Of a stretch of 64,000 bases of DNA, positions 27,539 to 37,586 are shown one piece after another; the first letter of the stretch is position 1; each line of letters begins with the position of its first letter. The position numbers were made by a program, and so were the translations under genes. The DNA comes from Clostridia bacterium. GTDB lineage: Bacteria > Bacillota > Clostridia > UBA1381. The notes below the pieces were generated by a model. It was given only the letters and a program-made list of their open reading frames with translations, was not told the DNA's origin and ran no database searches. The stretch spans positions 38,600-102,599 of the forward strand of contig JAZRPB010000025.1 in the NCBI GenBank assembly GCA_045649025.1. The letters are read 5' to 3'.

Positions 27539-29359
27539 TTATTTTTCTTCTATTACAATCAATGTTGCAACAAATGCACCATTTGTAACCTTACCATATG
27601 CAACAACCTGCATACCTGCCTTTATGTATTCCATATTCTTCTTTGAACCCAACGAAGACACGATCATTGTTTTTGTATTGTTCGAGAATACTGTTTCTGC
27701 AACCGTGTTACCATCTCCAACAATATTTACAAATCCAAGCGATGTATTTACTGCACTTACAGTTCCAACAACCTTACCATCATTTGAAATTGTGCTTCCA
27801 AGGCAAACAATCTTTGTTATAGCCTCTGAATCTGTTGTTATTTTTATTGTGTCGCCAACTCGTAAATCATAAACTGTAATATCCTCGTTATTCTTTGTGA
27901 TTGGAGTATCGTTAGCTATAATATATGTCTTTTCAACAGAGTTGATTTTTACTGTCATTGTTGATTGAGTAGAAATGTTGATTGATTGTATAGTTCCTTC
28001 AAAGGTCTGCAATGTAGATGTTGCAACAACCGATGTAATCTCGCCGTATTTAACAGTTAATGTTACATTGTCACCAGGATAGATTGCTGAAAAGTCGGTC
28101 ATAACACCGTTCTTTTGTACCTTTGCATCATTTGCAACAGGGATAACCATTCCGTCGTACTGACTGTTGCTATGTGAAATTGTTACTGAAAGATAGTCTT
28201 CAATATCTACCGATTGAATTACCGCATTTTCAATTCTGTATTCTTTCTTCTCGCCCTTTACTGCGTATACCTTACCGTCTGACATCTCTAATGTAATAAC
28301 ATCGCCGCTCTGGAATGACCTTAATGTTGCAGGCTCTCCATCGTAGCTTACTGTTATATTATCTGCACATATATATGAGCTTGATGCACTCTCACCAAGT
28401 GGTATTAATCTTATTAAAACCACGCCGCCTGTTGTAGCAGAGCCTTGATATTTACCAGTAACAGTTACATCTGCTTTATCGGAATGTGTATCAACACTAA
28501 TAACATTACCATTTTGAACTGCACAAGTAACAGATACATTAACTATCATTTGTTCAAGCTTTACGTCTGAACCAAGGATTTTAAATTGTGTGTTACTATC
28601 ATATGTGTATTTTATATTATCGCCGAATTGATTTGAAATAGTAATCTCGCTATTTTCGGTATCAATATTTGTAAGCTTACCCTCAACATACTCGCAACCT
28701 GTTTTATCAACCACACGTGCAAGCATAACTGCCATTTGACCTCTTAAAACAGACTGGTTTGGTGCAAAGCCACCATCCTCCATACCATTCATTATACCAT
28801 TATCGGTAACAAAGCTTACATAACCCAGTGCGTTAGATGGAATATCCTTTGCATCGGTATAATCAAGACTTATGCTTGTTTGTCCCTTTACTTCCTCTTC
28901 GCCGTGCATTGCCTTTGTTATGATAATAGCCGCCTCGTAACGAAGCATAGGCTCGTCCTTTACTTCTTTAATATATGTATTAAGGTCTGATTCTGTAAGT
29001 GTGCCATTATAGAGCATATATGCAAGCTCGTCTTGTCCCCAGCTTAAGTAATATTGTTTCAACAGCTCATCATATTCCTCGTGAGCCTTTTTTAACACAT
29101 TTGCATTTGCTTCATCCAAAGCACCCATAGCTCTTGCAAAAAGAGCAATACATTCAAGCTTTGTAACCTGATTATCTGGTTTGAAGGTTCCGTCTTCATA
29201 ACCATTTATATATCCTTTATCAGCCATATCCTCTATGTAGGTTCTTGCCCATGAATATTGCTCCGACATTATATCAGAAAAAGTTGCAGCAAAAACACTT
29301 GATGTACACATTGCTATTGCAATTGCACTTGATGTTATAATCTTGGTTATCTTTTTCAT
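27539..29359 (-). CDS. Secreted SLH-domain cell-wall protein
   Basis: 606 aa. Signal peptide (MKKITKIITSSAIAIAMCTSSVFA), N-terminal SLH repeats (GYINGYEDGTFKPDNQVTKLE; IMNGMEDGGFAPNQSVLRGQ), and a beta-rich C-terminal region. Confidence 0.85.
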   Translation of the reverse strand: MKKITKIITSSAIAIAMCTSSVFAATFSDIMSEQYSWARTYIEDMADKGYINGYEDGTFKPDNQVTKLECIALFARAMGALDEANANVLKKAHEEYDELLKQYYLSWGQDELAYMLYNGTLTESDLNTYIKEVKDEPMLRYEAAIIITKAMHGEEEVKGQTSISLDYTDAKDIPSNALGYVSFVTDNGIMNGMEDGGFAPNQSVLRGQMAVMLARVVDKTGCEYVEGKLTNIDTENSEITISNQFGDNIKYTYDSNTQFKILGSDVKLEQMIVNVSVTCAVQNGNVISVDTHSDKADVTVTGKYQGSATTGGVVLIRLIPLGESASSSYICADNITVSYDGEPATLRSFQSGDVITLEMSDGKVYAVKGEKKEYRIENAVIQSVDIEDYLSVTISHSNSQYDGMVIPVANDAKVQKNGVMTDFSAIYPGDNVTLTVKYGEITSVVATSTLQTFEGTIQSINISTQSTMTVKINSVEKTYIIANDTPITKNNEDITVYDLRVGDTIKITTDSEAITKIVCLGSTISNDGKVVGTVSAVNTSLGFVNIVGDGNTVAETVFSNNTKTMIVSSLGSKKNMEYIKAGMQVVAYGKVTNGAFVATLIVIEEK

Positions 29360-29425
29360 TATCGAGTACCGTCCTTTCCTTAATATAGCTTAACAGTTTA
29401 CACTATTTATTGCTATTTCAAATAA

Positions 29426-29454
29426 ATTATAACACAATATATTGCATTTTTCAA
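29426..29454 (-). promoter_or_regulatory. Near-consensus promoter of the SLH protein gene
   Basis: The minus strand reads TTGAAA, a 17-nt spacer, then TG-n-TATAAT. Confidence 0.55.
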
Positions 29455-29496
29455 CAATGTAATAGAAAATTAGCACTCCTGTAATTAAAAATTAAT

Positions 29497-29530
29497 ATTC
29501 CCGTTGAAACATGTAAATTACAACGGGAAT
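29497..29530 (-). terminator. Terminator downstream of the DUF378-like gene
   Basis: 10-bp stem ATTCCCGTTG / CAACGGGAAT, followed by a T-rich tract on the minus strand. Confidence 0.5.
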
Positions 29531-29535
29531 TCAAT

Positions 29536-29736
29536 TTATGCATTATTATTATTTCTTGATGTGAATAGAAATTTTATCGACCAAAGACCTGCTATTCCTA
29601 CAATTGTGAATATAATTCTCGGAATTAACGCTAACTGACCGCCAAATATTGTGCCAACAAGATCAAAGCCAAACAAACCGACCAATAACCAGTTTATTGC
29701 CCCAATTATAACTAATACTAATGCTGTTTTATCCAT
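29536..29736 (-). CDS. Small membrane protein, DUF378 (YuzA)-like
   Basis: 66 aa, two TM helices, IGAINWLLVGLF motif. SD AAGGAG. Confidence 0.7.
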   Translation of the reverse strand: MDKTALVLVIIGAINWLLVGLFGFDLVGTIFGGQLALIPRIIFTIVGIAGLWSIKFLFTSRNNNNA

Positions 29737-29857
29737 AAGCTTTTTCTCCTTACATAAATTATTCGTTATTATTCTATGCTTGTATCATTTCTTTAAACGT
29801 GGTAATAATTTCCATATTTAAAATATATGCTTATAATAGCAAAGGAGATGAATAAGA

Positions 29858-30277
29858 ATGAAAATTAAAAAAGGATATTTTATAGCATCTTTTATGGTTG
29901 TGATTTCAATTATATCGTTTATAGCATTTGGCGAAGATGTGCATAATGATATGAATATTTTATTTCTAAATTCATACGGCTGGGAGGTTGATACCGTATA
30001 CTGCGACAAAAGCAACATAATTATCCCCCAACCCTTTGATATGGTATATGAAAACTATAACAAACTTCAGCTTGAAGCAGGTCTTGATTTGCAACCATAT
30101 CAGGGAAAGAAAGCAATACGCTACACATATAAGGTCAAAAACTACCCCATTGATGTTCACGATACTGTATATGCAAACGTGATAGTTGCAAATAACACGT
30201 GTATCGGCGGTGATATTATGACAATCCCCCTCGACGGCTTTATGCACTCACTTTCATATATGCCAAAAAGCAATTAG
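29858..30277 (+). CDS. DUF4830-like secreted/anchored protein
   Basis: 139 aa. N-terminal hydrophobic segment and a YGWEVD motif. SD AAAGGAG. Confidence 0.55.
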   Translation: MKIKKGYFIASFMVVISIISFIAFGEDVHNDMNILFLNSYGWEVDTVYCDKSNIIIPQPFDMVYENYNKLQLEAGLDLQPYQGKKAIRYTYKVKNYPIDVHDTVYANVIVANNTCIGGDIMTIPLDGFMHSLSYMPKSN

Positions 30278-30368
30278 TGTGTTTTGTAAAAATTATTTGT
30301 TATAATCATTGACTTTTTATTGTAAACTTTGTATAATATAATTGTAGAATAAATTAAGGACGAACTTT

Positions 30369-30839
30369 ATGAAAAAATATTTAAAATATATACCTTGTGT
30401 AACCACACTTGCCATTATGTATATAATTTTTTCTTTCTCTGCACAAGATGCTACCACCTCATCCCAGTCGAGCAGCTCACTTATAGCTTTTTTTATCAGC
30501 TTACTGCCCGATGGCTTTTTTAATTCAGACAAGGAAGTATTAATACAAAATGCAAGTCATCTTGTGCGTAAAATGGCACACTTTACAATTTATACTGCAT
30601 TGGGTATAAGTGTTTTTTCTATGTTTAAATTACTCATAGAGAAAATAAAACCCATACACACAATAATTATATCAACACTATTTTGTTTGATGTATGCAAT
30701 ATCCGACGAAATACATCAAATGTTTGTTCCCGGCAGAAGCTGTCAGATTTCTGATATTATACTTGATACATCGGGAGCACTAACCGGTGTAATTGTAACA
30801 TTTTTGATAATTAAAATACTACGGAGGCGAAAAATATGA
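30369..30839 (+). CDS. VanZ-family membrane protein
   Basis: 156 aa, four hydrophobic helices, RKMAHFTIY and DEIHQMFVPGR motifs. Confidence 0.75.
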   Translation: MKKYLKYIPCVTTLAIMYIIFSFSAQDATTSSQSSSSLIAFFISLLPDGFFNSDKEVLIQNASHLVRKMAHFTIYTALGISVFSMFKLLIEKIKPIHTIIISTLFCLMYAISDEIHQMFVPGRSCQISDIILDTSGALTGVIVTFLIIKILRRRKI

Positions 30840-31606
30840 TAGATGCACATTCCCATATTTTGCCCGAATTAGACGACGGAGCGCAAAGTCTTGAGCTTGC
30901 ACTTAATATGCTTAAGGAAAGTACACTTCAGGGTGTGACCGACGTTGTGTCTACATCTCATTGCTATCCAAAAACAGAAGCAGAAATTATTGAATTTTTA
31001 AATAAGCGAAAATCATCATATGATATACTTCATAGCGGTATGGAAAGCATTGATACGAGCCTTCCGCATATTCATCAAGGCTGCGAGGTCAATATGCTTA
31101 CAGATATTTCTGATTTGGAAAATATTTCCTCATTATGTATAGATAACACAGACTACATATTAATTGAAATGCCCTATTCACCTTGGAGTGACTGGATGAT
31201 AGACAGTGTATACAAGCTTATATTACGTGGCTTAAAGCCAATTATGGCACATATTGACAGATACACCTCTCAAAACAAAGAAAATTTAATGGCACTTTTG
31301 GAGCTTGATGTTATTTTTCAGGTAAATGCTGATTTATTTTTAAATAAAAAAATGAAGAAAACTGCCGATAAATTAATAAACGACGGATATGTGCACATTA
31401 TAGGCAGCGATATGCACAGTATGGGTATAAGAAAACCAAATCTAAAAAATGCAAAAGTAGAAATCACCTCAAGATACGGATTGGAATTCTTTAACGAAAT
31501 GCAGGAAAATGCCCGTTATATTTTAAAAAATGAGGACATCCCCCACAGACGTCTTACAATAAAAAAACAACACTGTCCTATTTTTAATTTTTTAAAGAGC
31601 AAATAA
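30836..31606 (+). CDS. CpsB/YwqE-type (PHP-fold) protein-tyrosine phosphatase
   Basis: 256 aa. MIDAHSHILPELDDGA N-terminus and GSDMHS near the C-terminus. The start overlaps the VanZ stop. Confidence 0.85.
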   Translation: MIDAHSHILPELDDGAQSLELALNMLKESTLQGVTDVVSTSHCYPKTEAEIIEFLNKRKSSYDILHSGMESIDTSLPHIHQGCEVNMLTDISDLENISSLCIDNTDYILIEMPYSPWSDWMIDSVYKLILRGLKPIMAHIDRYTSQNKENLMALLELDVIFQVNADLFLNKKMKKTADKLINDGYVHIIGSDMHSMGIRKPNLKNAKVEITSRYGLEFFNEMQENARYILKNEDIPHRRLTIKKQHCPIFNFLKSK

Positions 31607-31637
31607 CGGCTTTATATGAAATTTACCCCAAAATCAC

Positions 31638-31666
31638 TTGACATAAAAGCTAATTTGTAATATAAT
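31638..31666 (+). promoter_or_regulatory. Consensus sigma-A promoter of the large SLH protein gene
   Basis: TTGACA (31638-31643), exact 17-nt spacer, TATAAT (31661-31666). Confidence 0.65.
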
Positions 31667-31712
31667 TAGAAGTAGTTTATTTGGGAAAATATTTAATTAA
31701 GGAGTGATATAA

Positions 31713-33857
31713 ATGAACAAGAAGATAATTTCGTTTATAACGGCATTATCTATGTGTGCAACAATGGCAATTATGCCAATTACAGCGTCGGCGGACGACT
31801 CACTGAAGACCGCAGTAATGGATGCTTTTACCGCTTTGGCTGATACCAACGGTGAGTTCACAATAGACGGAACAACCTTTAAGAAGGATAATGATAATAA
31901 TCGTATTAACGTGTTAAAAACAGCTACTGTTAACGGCGTTACTTTTGATGAAATTCTGGTTGATACAAACATTCAGGCAAAAACAGGTGTTCTTGGAAGC
32001 ACATCAGTTTGGGCAGATGAAAATGTTTCGCAAACAGTAACAGACAGAACTGCAATATCAGATTTTTCACTAAAGACAACTATGTATATGGCAGGGGTTA
32101 AGACCATATATGATAAATACATAGCACTTGCAACTATGTTTGTTAATAATGCTTCTCTGCCGGGTGTTACACAGGCAGAGCTTAACGGTATAAAGGTAAA
32201 GGGTGAGTTTACAATAACAGTTAAACTCCCTGTAGGACTTACTATTGCAGATGAAACTATGAAGCAGAGTAATCAGGATATGCATGGTTTCTCTTTTGAA
32301 GATGGCACAGCTATATCCACACTATACAAGGAAATCAGCAGAACCTACACTCCCGCTTCAGCCTCATCAGGAGAAGTGCTTAACATAACAATTGCACCAT
32401 CCTCAAACGGTGATGTAGATTACGCACATAAATCCACTCTTGATACCCATGTTGGCAAAAACATTGTAATTCAATGTCCTGTTAAGGCTCTTGCTCCTCA
32501 AACAGGAACATCCATAACATACACTGCCGAGGGTTATGTAAGAGGTTGGACAGAGATATGTTCTGCAGCTGACGATTCATTAGCATACGTTAATTACAAG
32601 GCAAACCAAAAAACTGATACAAGTGAAACAGTAACAACCGAAGGCACTGTAGGTGATGAAAACATTATATTAAGTGAAGATGTTATCGTGAATTACCAAC
32701 AACCCACAACACCATCCGCACCCGGAGGCAGCGATGTGGCAACATACATCTTAAAGTTTGAAACAAATGGTGGTAATAATATTGTTCCGCTTTCAAAGAC
32801 AAAGGGTACATCAATCGACCTTACTGTGTATAAACCTGTAAAAGAAGGTGCTGTATTTGAAGGTTGGTATAGCGACAGCGCGTTAACAATACCTGTTGAC
32901 AAGGTTACTCTGAATTCTAATATGACTGTATATGCAAAATGGAGTGATACAACAGACGAAGAAAAAGTTACCTTAACATTTGTAACAAACGGTGGTTTAT
33001 CTGTTGCTCCTGTAACAACAAACAAGGGCACTGCTGTTGATATTAACGATTATATTACATTAAGAGAAGGTTATACATTCGAGGGCTGGTATCTTGATAA
33101 GGAATTTACAATTCCTGTTGATATTCATACATTGCATAATGATACAACAGTATATGCAAAATGGAGTGAAACTCCAATACCATCACAACTTACCGATGAG
33201 CACTATGCATATATTATAGGACGTCATGATGGTCTTGTTCACCCAAGTGCTAATATCACAAGAGCAGAGGTTGCAACAATCTTCTTCAGACTTCTTACTG
33301 CCGAGGTAAGAGATGGTAACCTTACAAAAGAAAATAATTTTGATGACGTAAATGACGGAGATTGGTTCTGTGCTGCAGTATCAACACTTGAAGATTTAGG
33401 AATTATCAACGGACGTACCGACACAACATTTGTTCCTAATGCATTCATAACAAGAGCAGAATATGCTGCAATTGCATCAAGATTCTCCGATGTAGTATAT
33501 GATGGCAAGGATAAGTTTACAGATATAGCAGGCCACTGGGCAGAAGACGAAATCAACGAAGCATCTCATATTGGTTGGATAGTTGGTGACGGAGGCAAGT
33601 TCAGACCTGATGATTATACCACAAGAGCAGAGGCTATGACTCTTACAAACAGAGTTCTAAAGCGTATTCCTCAAACAACCGACGACCTACTCGACGATAT
33701 GGTTAAGTGGCCAGATAATATGGATACAGCAATGTGGTATTACCTTGCAGTTCAAGAGGCTACAAACAGTCACGATTACGAACTAAAGGCTGATAATGTA
33801 CACGAAAAGTGGACCACAATTGAAGCTCCTCGTGATTGGACAGAGTACGAGAAATAA
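31713..33857 (+). CDS. Secreted cell-wall protein with Listeria-Bacteroides (Flg_new) repeats and C-terminal SLH domains
   Basis: 714 aa. Signal peptide ending ITASA, two FETNGG...EGWY...YAKW repeats, and three C-terminal SLH-like segments (ITRAE..., GIINGRTDTTFVPNAFITRAE, HWAEDEI...). Confidence 0.85.
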   Translation: MNKKIISFITALSMCATMAIMPITASADDSLKTAVMDAFTALADTNGEFTIDGTTFKKDNDNNRINVLKTATVNGVTFDEILVDTNIQAKTGVLGSTSVWADENVSQTVTDRTAISDFSLKTTMYMAGVKTIYDKYIALATMFVNNASLPGVTQAELNGIKVKGEFTITVKLPVGLTIADETMKQSNQDMHGFSFEDGTAISTLYKEISRTYTPASASSGEVLNITIAPSSNGDVDYAHKSTLDTHVGKNIVIQCPVKALAPQTGTSITYTAEGYVRGWTEICSAADDSLAYVNYKANQKTDTSETVTTEGTVGDENIILSEDVIVNYQQPTTPSAPGGSDVATYILKFETNGGNNIVPLSKTKGTSIDLTVYKPVKEGAVFEGWYSDSALTIPVDKVTLNSNMTVYAKWSDTTDEEKVTLTFVTNGGLSVAPVTTNKGTAVDINDYITLREGYTFEGWYLDKEFTIPVDIHTLHNDTTVYAKWSETPIPSQLTDEHYAYIIGRHDGLVHPSANITRAEVATIFFRLLTAEVRDGNLTKENNFDDVNDGDWFCAAVSTLEDLGIINGRTDTTFVPNAFITRAEYAAIASRFSDVVYDGKDKFTDIAGHWAEDEINEASHIGWIVGDGGKFRPDDYTTRAEAMTLTNRVLKRIPQTTDDLLDDMVKWPDNMDTAMWYYLAVQEATNSHDYELKADNVHEKWTTIEAPRDWTEYEK
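32745..33164 (+). repeat. Two tandem Flg_new-type domain repeats inside the CDS
   Basis: 32745-32942 (YILKFETNGG...TVYAKW) and 32967-33164 (VTLTFVTNGG...TVYAKW). Confidence 0.6.
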
Positions 33858-33876
33858 TTACAATTTAATTAAAAAG

Positions 33877-33912
33877 AAAGAACGAATTTCTTTAAGAAAT
33901 TCGTTCTTTTTT
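33877..33912. terminator. Bidirectional terminator between the SLH protein gene and metY
   Basis: 14-bp stem AAAGAACGAATTTC / GAAATTCGTTCTTT with loop TTTAA, flanked by an A-run and a T-run. Confidence 0.8.
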
Positions 33913-33955
33913 GTGTTTGCAAAATATTAACTGTTTTGCATTTACCTGTTTTAAA

Positions 33956-35227
33956 TTACTTTGTGTTATTTAGTGCTTGCTCAAGGTCTGCAATTATATC
34001 GTCTACATTTTCAATACCAACGCTGAAACGTACTAAATCCGGGCCTGTGCCGCACTCTGCAAGCTGTTCATCTGTCATTTGTCGGTGTGTTGAGCTTGCG
34101 GGATGAAGTGCACACGTTCTTGCATCTGCAACGTGTGTTACTATTGCGGCAAGCTTTAGAGAATCAAGGAATTTAACTCCTGCTTCCCTGCCGCCTTTTA
34201 CACCAAACGATACAACTCCGCACGAGCCTTTGGGCAAATACTTTTTAGCTAATTCATTATATTTACTTGATTCTAATCCCGAATAGTTAACCCAACCAAC
34301 ACAGGGATGTGATTCAAGATACTGCGCAACCTTAAGTGCATTTTCGCTATGACGTATCATTCTCAAATGCAATGTTTCAAGTCCGAGATTTAGCAAGAAT
34401 GCATTTTGCGGTGACGGTGATGAACCCATATCACGCATAAGCTGAACTCTTGCCTTTGCTATATATGCAGCCTTGCCAAAGTGCTCTGTATACACAACAC
34501 CGTGATATGATTCGTCGGGTTCTGTCATACATGGGAATTTTCCCGATTTAGACCAGTCGAAATTGCCACTGTCTACAATAACGCCGCCCAATGATACAGC
34601 GTGTCCGTCCATATACTTTGAGGTTGAATGAATAACAATATCTGCACCAAATTCAAACGGACGGCATAAAATAGGTGTTGCAAAGGTGTTGTCTACAATA
34701 AGCGGAATACCATTATTGTGTGCAAGTGATGCAAACTTTTCTATATCAAGAACTGTTAGCGCAGGGTTTGCAATAGTTTCACCCATAACAGCCTTTGTGT
34801 TTGGCTTTATTGCTTTTTGAAGCTCCTCTAAATCATCGTCAGGATTAACAAACGTTGTTTCAATTCCAAACTTTTCAAGTGTTACTGCCAACAGATTAAA
34901 GGTTCCGCCATAAACTGCCGCAGAGCATACAATATGGTCACCTGCACCTGCAATATTCATAACTGCCATCATTGTGGCAGCTTGTCCTGCGGATGTCATC
35001 ATAGCACCAACGCCGCCCTCTAAATCGCTGATTTTTTCTTCCACTGCAGCAACTGTGGGGTTTGCAAGACGTGTATAGAAAAAGCCGTCTTCCTCCAGAT
35101 CAAAAAGCTTACCCATATAATCAGATGAGTCATACTTAAAGGTTGTGCTTTGATATATTGGCAAAACACGTGCCTCTCCGTTTTTAGGCTTATAACCTGA
35201 TTGAATACATTTAGTTTCTAATTGCAT
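33956..35227 (-). CDS. metY: O-acetylhomoserine (thiol)-lyase / sulfhydrylase
   Basis: 423 aa in the Cys/Met-metabolism PLP family, with the PLP-lysine context HSTSKYMDGH. Confidence 0.92.
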   Translation of the reverse strand: MQLETKCIQSGYKPKNGEARVLPIYQSTTFKYDSSDYMGKLFDLEEDGFFYTRLANPTVAAVEEKISDLEGGVGAMMTSAGQAATMMAVMNIAGAGDHIVCSAAVYGGTFNLLAVTLEKFGIETTFVNPDDDLEELQKAIKPNTKAVMGETIANPALTVLDIEKFASLAHNNGIPLIVDNTFATPILCRPFEFGADIVIHSTSKYMDGHAVSLGGVIVDSGNFDWSKSGKFPCMTEPDESYHGVVYTEHFGKAAYIAKARVQLMRDMGSSPSPQNAFLLNLGLETLHLRMIRHSENALKVAQYLESHPCVGWVNYSGLESSKYNELAKKYLPKGSCGVVSFGVKGGREAGVKFLDSLKLAAIVTHVADARTCALHPASSTHRQMTDEQLAECGTGPDLVRFSVGIENVDDIIADLEQALNNTK

Positions 35228-35247
35228 ATATCTATCTCCCTTTCTTA

Positions 35248-36366
35248 TTACAATCTCTTTTTAAAATCCTCATAGCCAAATTCGCGTACTAATTCAAGCG
35301 TATCATCAGCCTTTAAAACATATATAGACGGTAAATTTATACCGTTAAATGTGTTATTTTTAACTGTTGTATATATTGCCATATCCTCAAACACAAGTCT
35401 ATCTCCAACAGACATTTGTTTATTAAATGAATAGTCACCAATTACATCCCCTGCAAGACAGCTTTGAGAGCCTATACGATAGGAATATTTAAGCTTGCCT
35501 AAATCATCCGCACCAACAATTCGTGGTCTGTATGGCATTTCCAGAACATCAGGCATATGACACGCCGCACTGCCGTCTGTAATTAGTATATCCATTCCAT
35601 TATTCATTATTTCAAGCACCTCACACACGAAATAACCTGCATTAAGCGCCACAGCCTCGCCAGGTTCAAGATATACCTCAACATTGTATTTGTTTTTAAT
35701 ATAGTCTATGCACTCTATAAGAGTATCAACATCATAATCATCCCTTGTTATATGATGTCCGCCGCCGAAGTTTATCCACTTCATATTGTGCATATACTTG
35801 CCAAACTTTTCCTCTACGGCATTAATTGTGCGTTTTAAGGTGTCGGAATTCTGTTCGCACATTGTATGAAAATGCAGACCGTCTATAAGTTCTAAAATAT
35901 CCTCATCAAAGTTTTTTAGTGTTGTACCAAGACGTGAATTTTTAAAGCAAGGGTTATACAGGTCAGTTTCGATTTCACTGTATTCGGGGTTAATTCTTAT
36001 ACCACACGATTTGCCATTTAGCCGACTATAATATTTTCTCACCTGTGATGGTGTGTTAAATACAATATGGTCGCAAAGCGATACAATTTCATCAAACTCA
36101 CTGTCTTTATATGCTGCAGAGAAAATATGTGTTTCTTTGCCAAATTCCTCATAACCAAGTCTTGCCTCATTTAATGAGCTTGCGGTTGTTCCGCAAAGGT
36201 ATTTTTTTATAAGCGGATATGTTGAATAATTAGAATATGCCTTTTGAGCCAATAATATTTTAGCTCCCGTTCTTTTTTGCACATAGTCTAAAATCTCACA
36301 GTTTTTTATTAACTGTTTTTCATCTATTACATATGACGGCGTTTTTACAATATCTCTAAAATTCAT
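35248..36366 (-). CDS. nspC: Carboxy(nor)spermidine decarboxylase
   Basis: 372 aa, alanine-racemase-fold decarboxylase (TPSYVIDE start, FGGGHH, EPGEA motifs). Directly downstream of the CASDH gene. Confidence 0.9.
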   Translation of the reverse strand: MNFRDIVKTPSYVIDEKQLIKNCEILDYVQKRTGAKILLAQKAYSNYSTYPLIKKYLCGTTASSLNEARLGYEEFGKETHIFSAAYKDSEFDEIVSLCDHIVFNTPSQVRKYYSRLNGKSCGIRINPEYSEIETDLYNPCFKNSRLGTTLKNFDEDILELIDGLHFHTMCEQNSDTLKRTINAVEEKFGKYMHNMKWINFGGGHHITRDDYDVDTLIECIDYIKNKYNVEVYLEPGEAVALNAGYFVCEVLEIMNNGMDILITDGSAACHMPDVLEMPYRPRIVGADDLGKLKYSYRIGSQSCLAGDVIGDYSFNKQMSVGDRLVFEDMAIYTTVKNNTFNGINLPSIYVLKADDTLELVREFGYEDFKKRL

Positions 36367-36367
36367 A

Positions 36368-37567
36368 TCAGTCTACCAAAACAGGATTGAAATCCTCTTG
36401 CCACGGAAGTCCGAATTTATTTAACGCTTCCATAAACGGATCGGGGTCAAATTCTTCTACATTATATACACCAGGTTTGCACCATTTACCTGTAAGAACC
36501 ATAGCTGCACCAATCATTGCAGGCACACCTGTTGTGTATGAAATGGCCTGTGAGCCAACTTCTTTATAGCACTCCTGATGGTCGCATATATTATATAAAT
36601 AATATGTCTTTTCCTTACCGTCCTTTTTACCTATAAAGATACAGCCTATGTTTGTTTTACCAACAGTTCTTGGCCCTAACGAGGCAGGGTCAGGAAGCAC
36701 CGCCTTCAAAAACTGAAGCGGAACAATCTTTTTGCCCTCAAAGTCAATAGGCTCAATAGATGTCATACCAACATTTTCAAGACATTTTAAATGTGTTAAA
36801 TAGCTTTGACCAAAGGTCATAAAAAATCTTATTCTTTTTATACCCTTTATATTAAGTGCAAGAGATTCCAGCTCCTCGTGATGAAGAAGATACATATCTT
36901 TTTCGCCAACCTCTTTGAAGTTATACACACGCTTTATCTCCATCGGCTCGGTTTCTACCCATTTACCGTTCTCGATATAGCTACCCTTTGCACTTACCTC
37001 ACGAATGTTTATTTCGGGGTTGAAATTTGTTGCAAATGGATATCCGTGGTCACCGCCATTGCAGTCTAATATATCAATATAATTTATTTCATCAAACTCG
37101 TGCTTTTGTGCATACGCACTAAAAACACCTGTTACTCCAGGATCAAAGCCACTGCCTAAAATAGCGGTTATGCCTGCTTTTTCAAAACGTTCTCTATATT
37201 CCCATTGCCATTTATACTCAAATTTTGCAGTATCTTCAGGCTCATAATTTGCAGTATCAAGATAATGTGTTTTTGTGGCAAGACACGCATCCATAATTGT
37301 TAAATCCTGATACGGAAGTGCTAAATTCATAACAATATCAGGCTTGAATTTATTTATAAGCGCTATTAGTGCATCCACATCATTAGCATCAACCTGTGCA
37401 GTGGATACCTTTGTTTTTCCACCCTCTACCTGTTTTTTTATTTCTTCGCATTTTGAAAGTGTCCTCGACGCAATGCAAATTTCCTCAAATACATCACTGT
37501 TCTGACAGCATTTGTGAATTGCAACACCTGCAACACCGCCTGCTCCTATTATTAGTGCTTTTCCCAT
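36368..37567 (-). CDS. Carboxy(nor)spermidine dehydrogenase/synthase (saccharopine dehydrogenase family)
   Basis: 399 aa. N-terminal IIGAGGVAGV Rossmann motif. Paired with nspC. Confidence 0.9.
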   Translation of the reverse strand: MGKALIIGAGGVAGVAIHKCCQNSDVFEEICIASRTLSKCEEIKKQVEGGKTKVSTAQVDANDVDALIALINKFKPDIVMNLALPYQDLTIMDACLATKTHYLDTANYEPEDTAKFEYKWQWEYRERFEKAGITAILGSGFDPGVTGVFSAYAQKHEFDEINYIDILDCNGGDHGYPFATNFNPEINIREVSAKGSYIENGKWVETEPMEIKRVYNFKEVGEKDMYLLHHEELESLALNIKGIKRIRFFMTFGQSYLTHLKCLENVGMTSIEPIDFEGKKIVPLQFLKAVLPDPASLGPRTVGKTNIGCIFIGKKDGKEKTYYLYNICDHQECYKEVGSQAISYTTGVPAMIGAAMVLTGKWCKPGVYNVEEFDPDPFMEALNKFGLPWQEDFNPVLVD

Positions 37568-37586
37568 TTGTAGTCCCCCTTATGTT

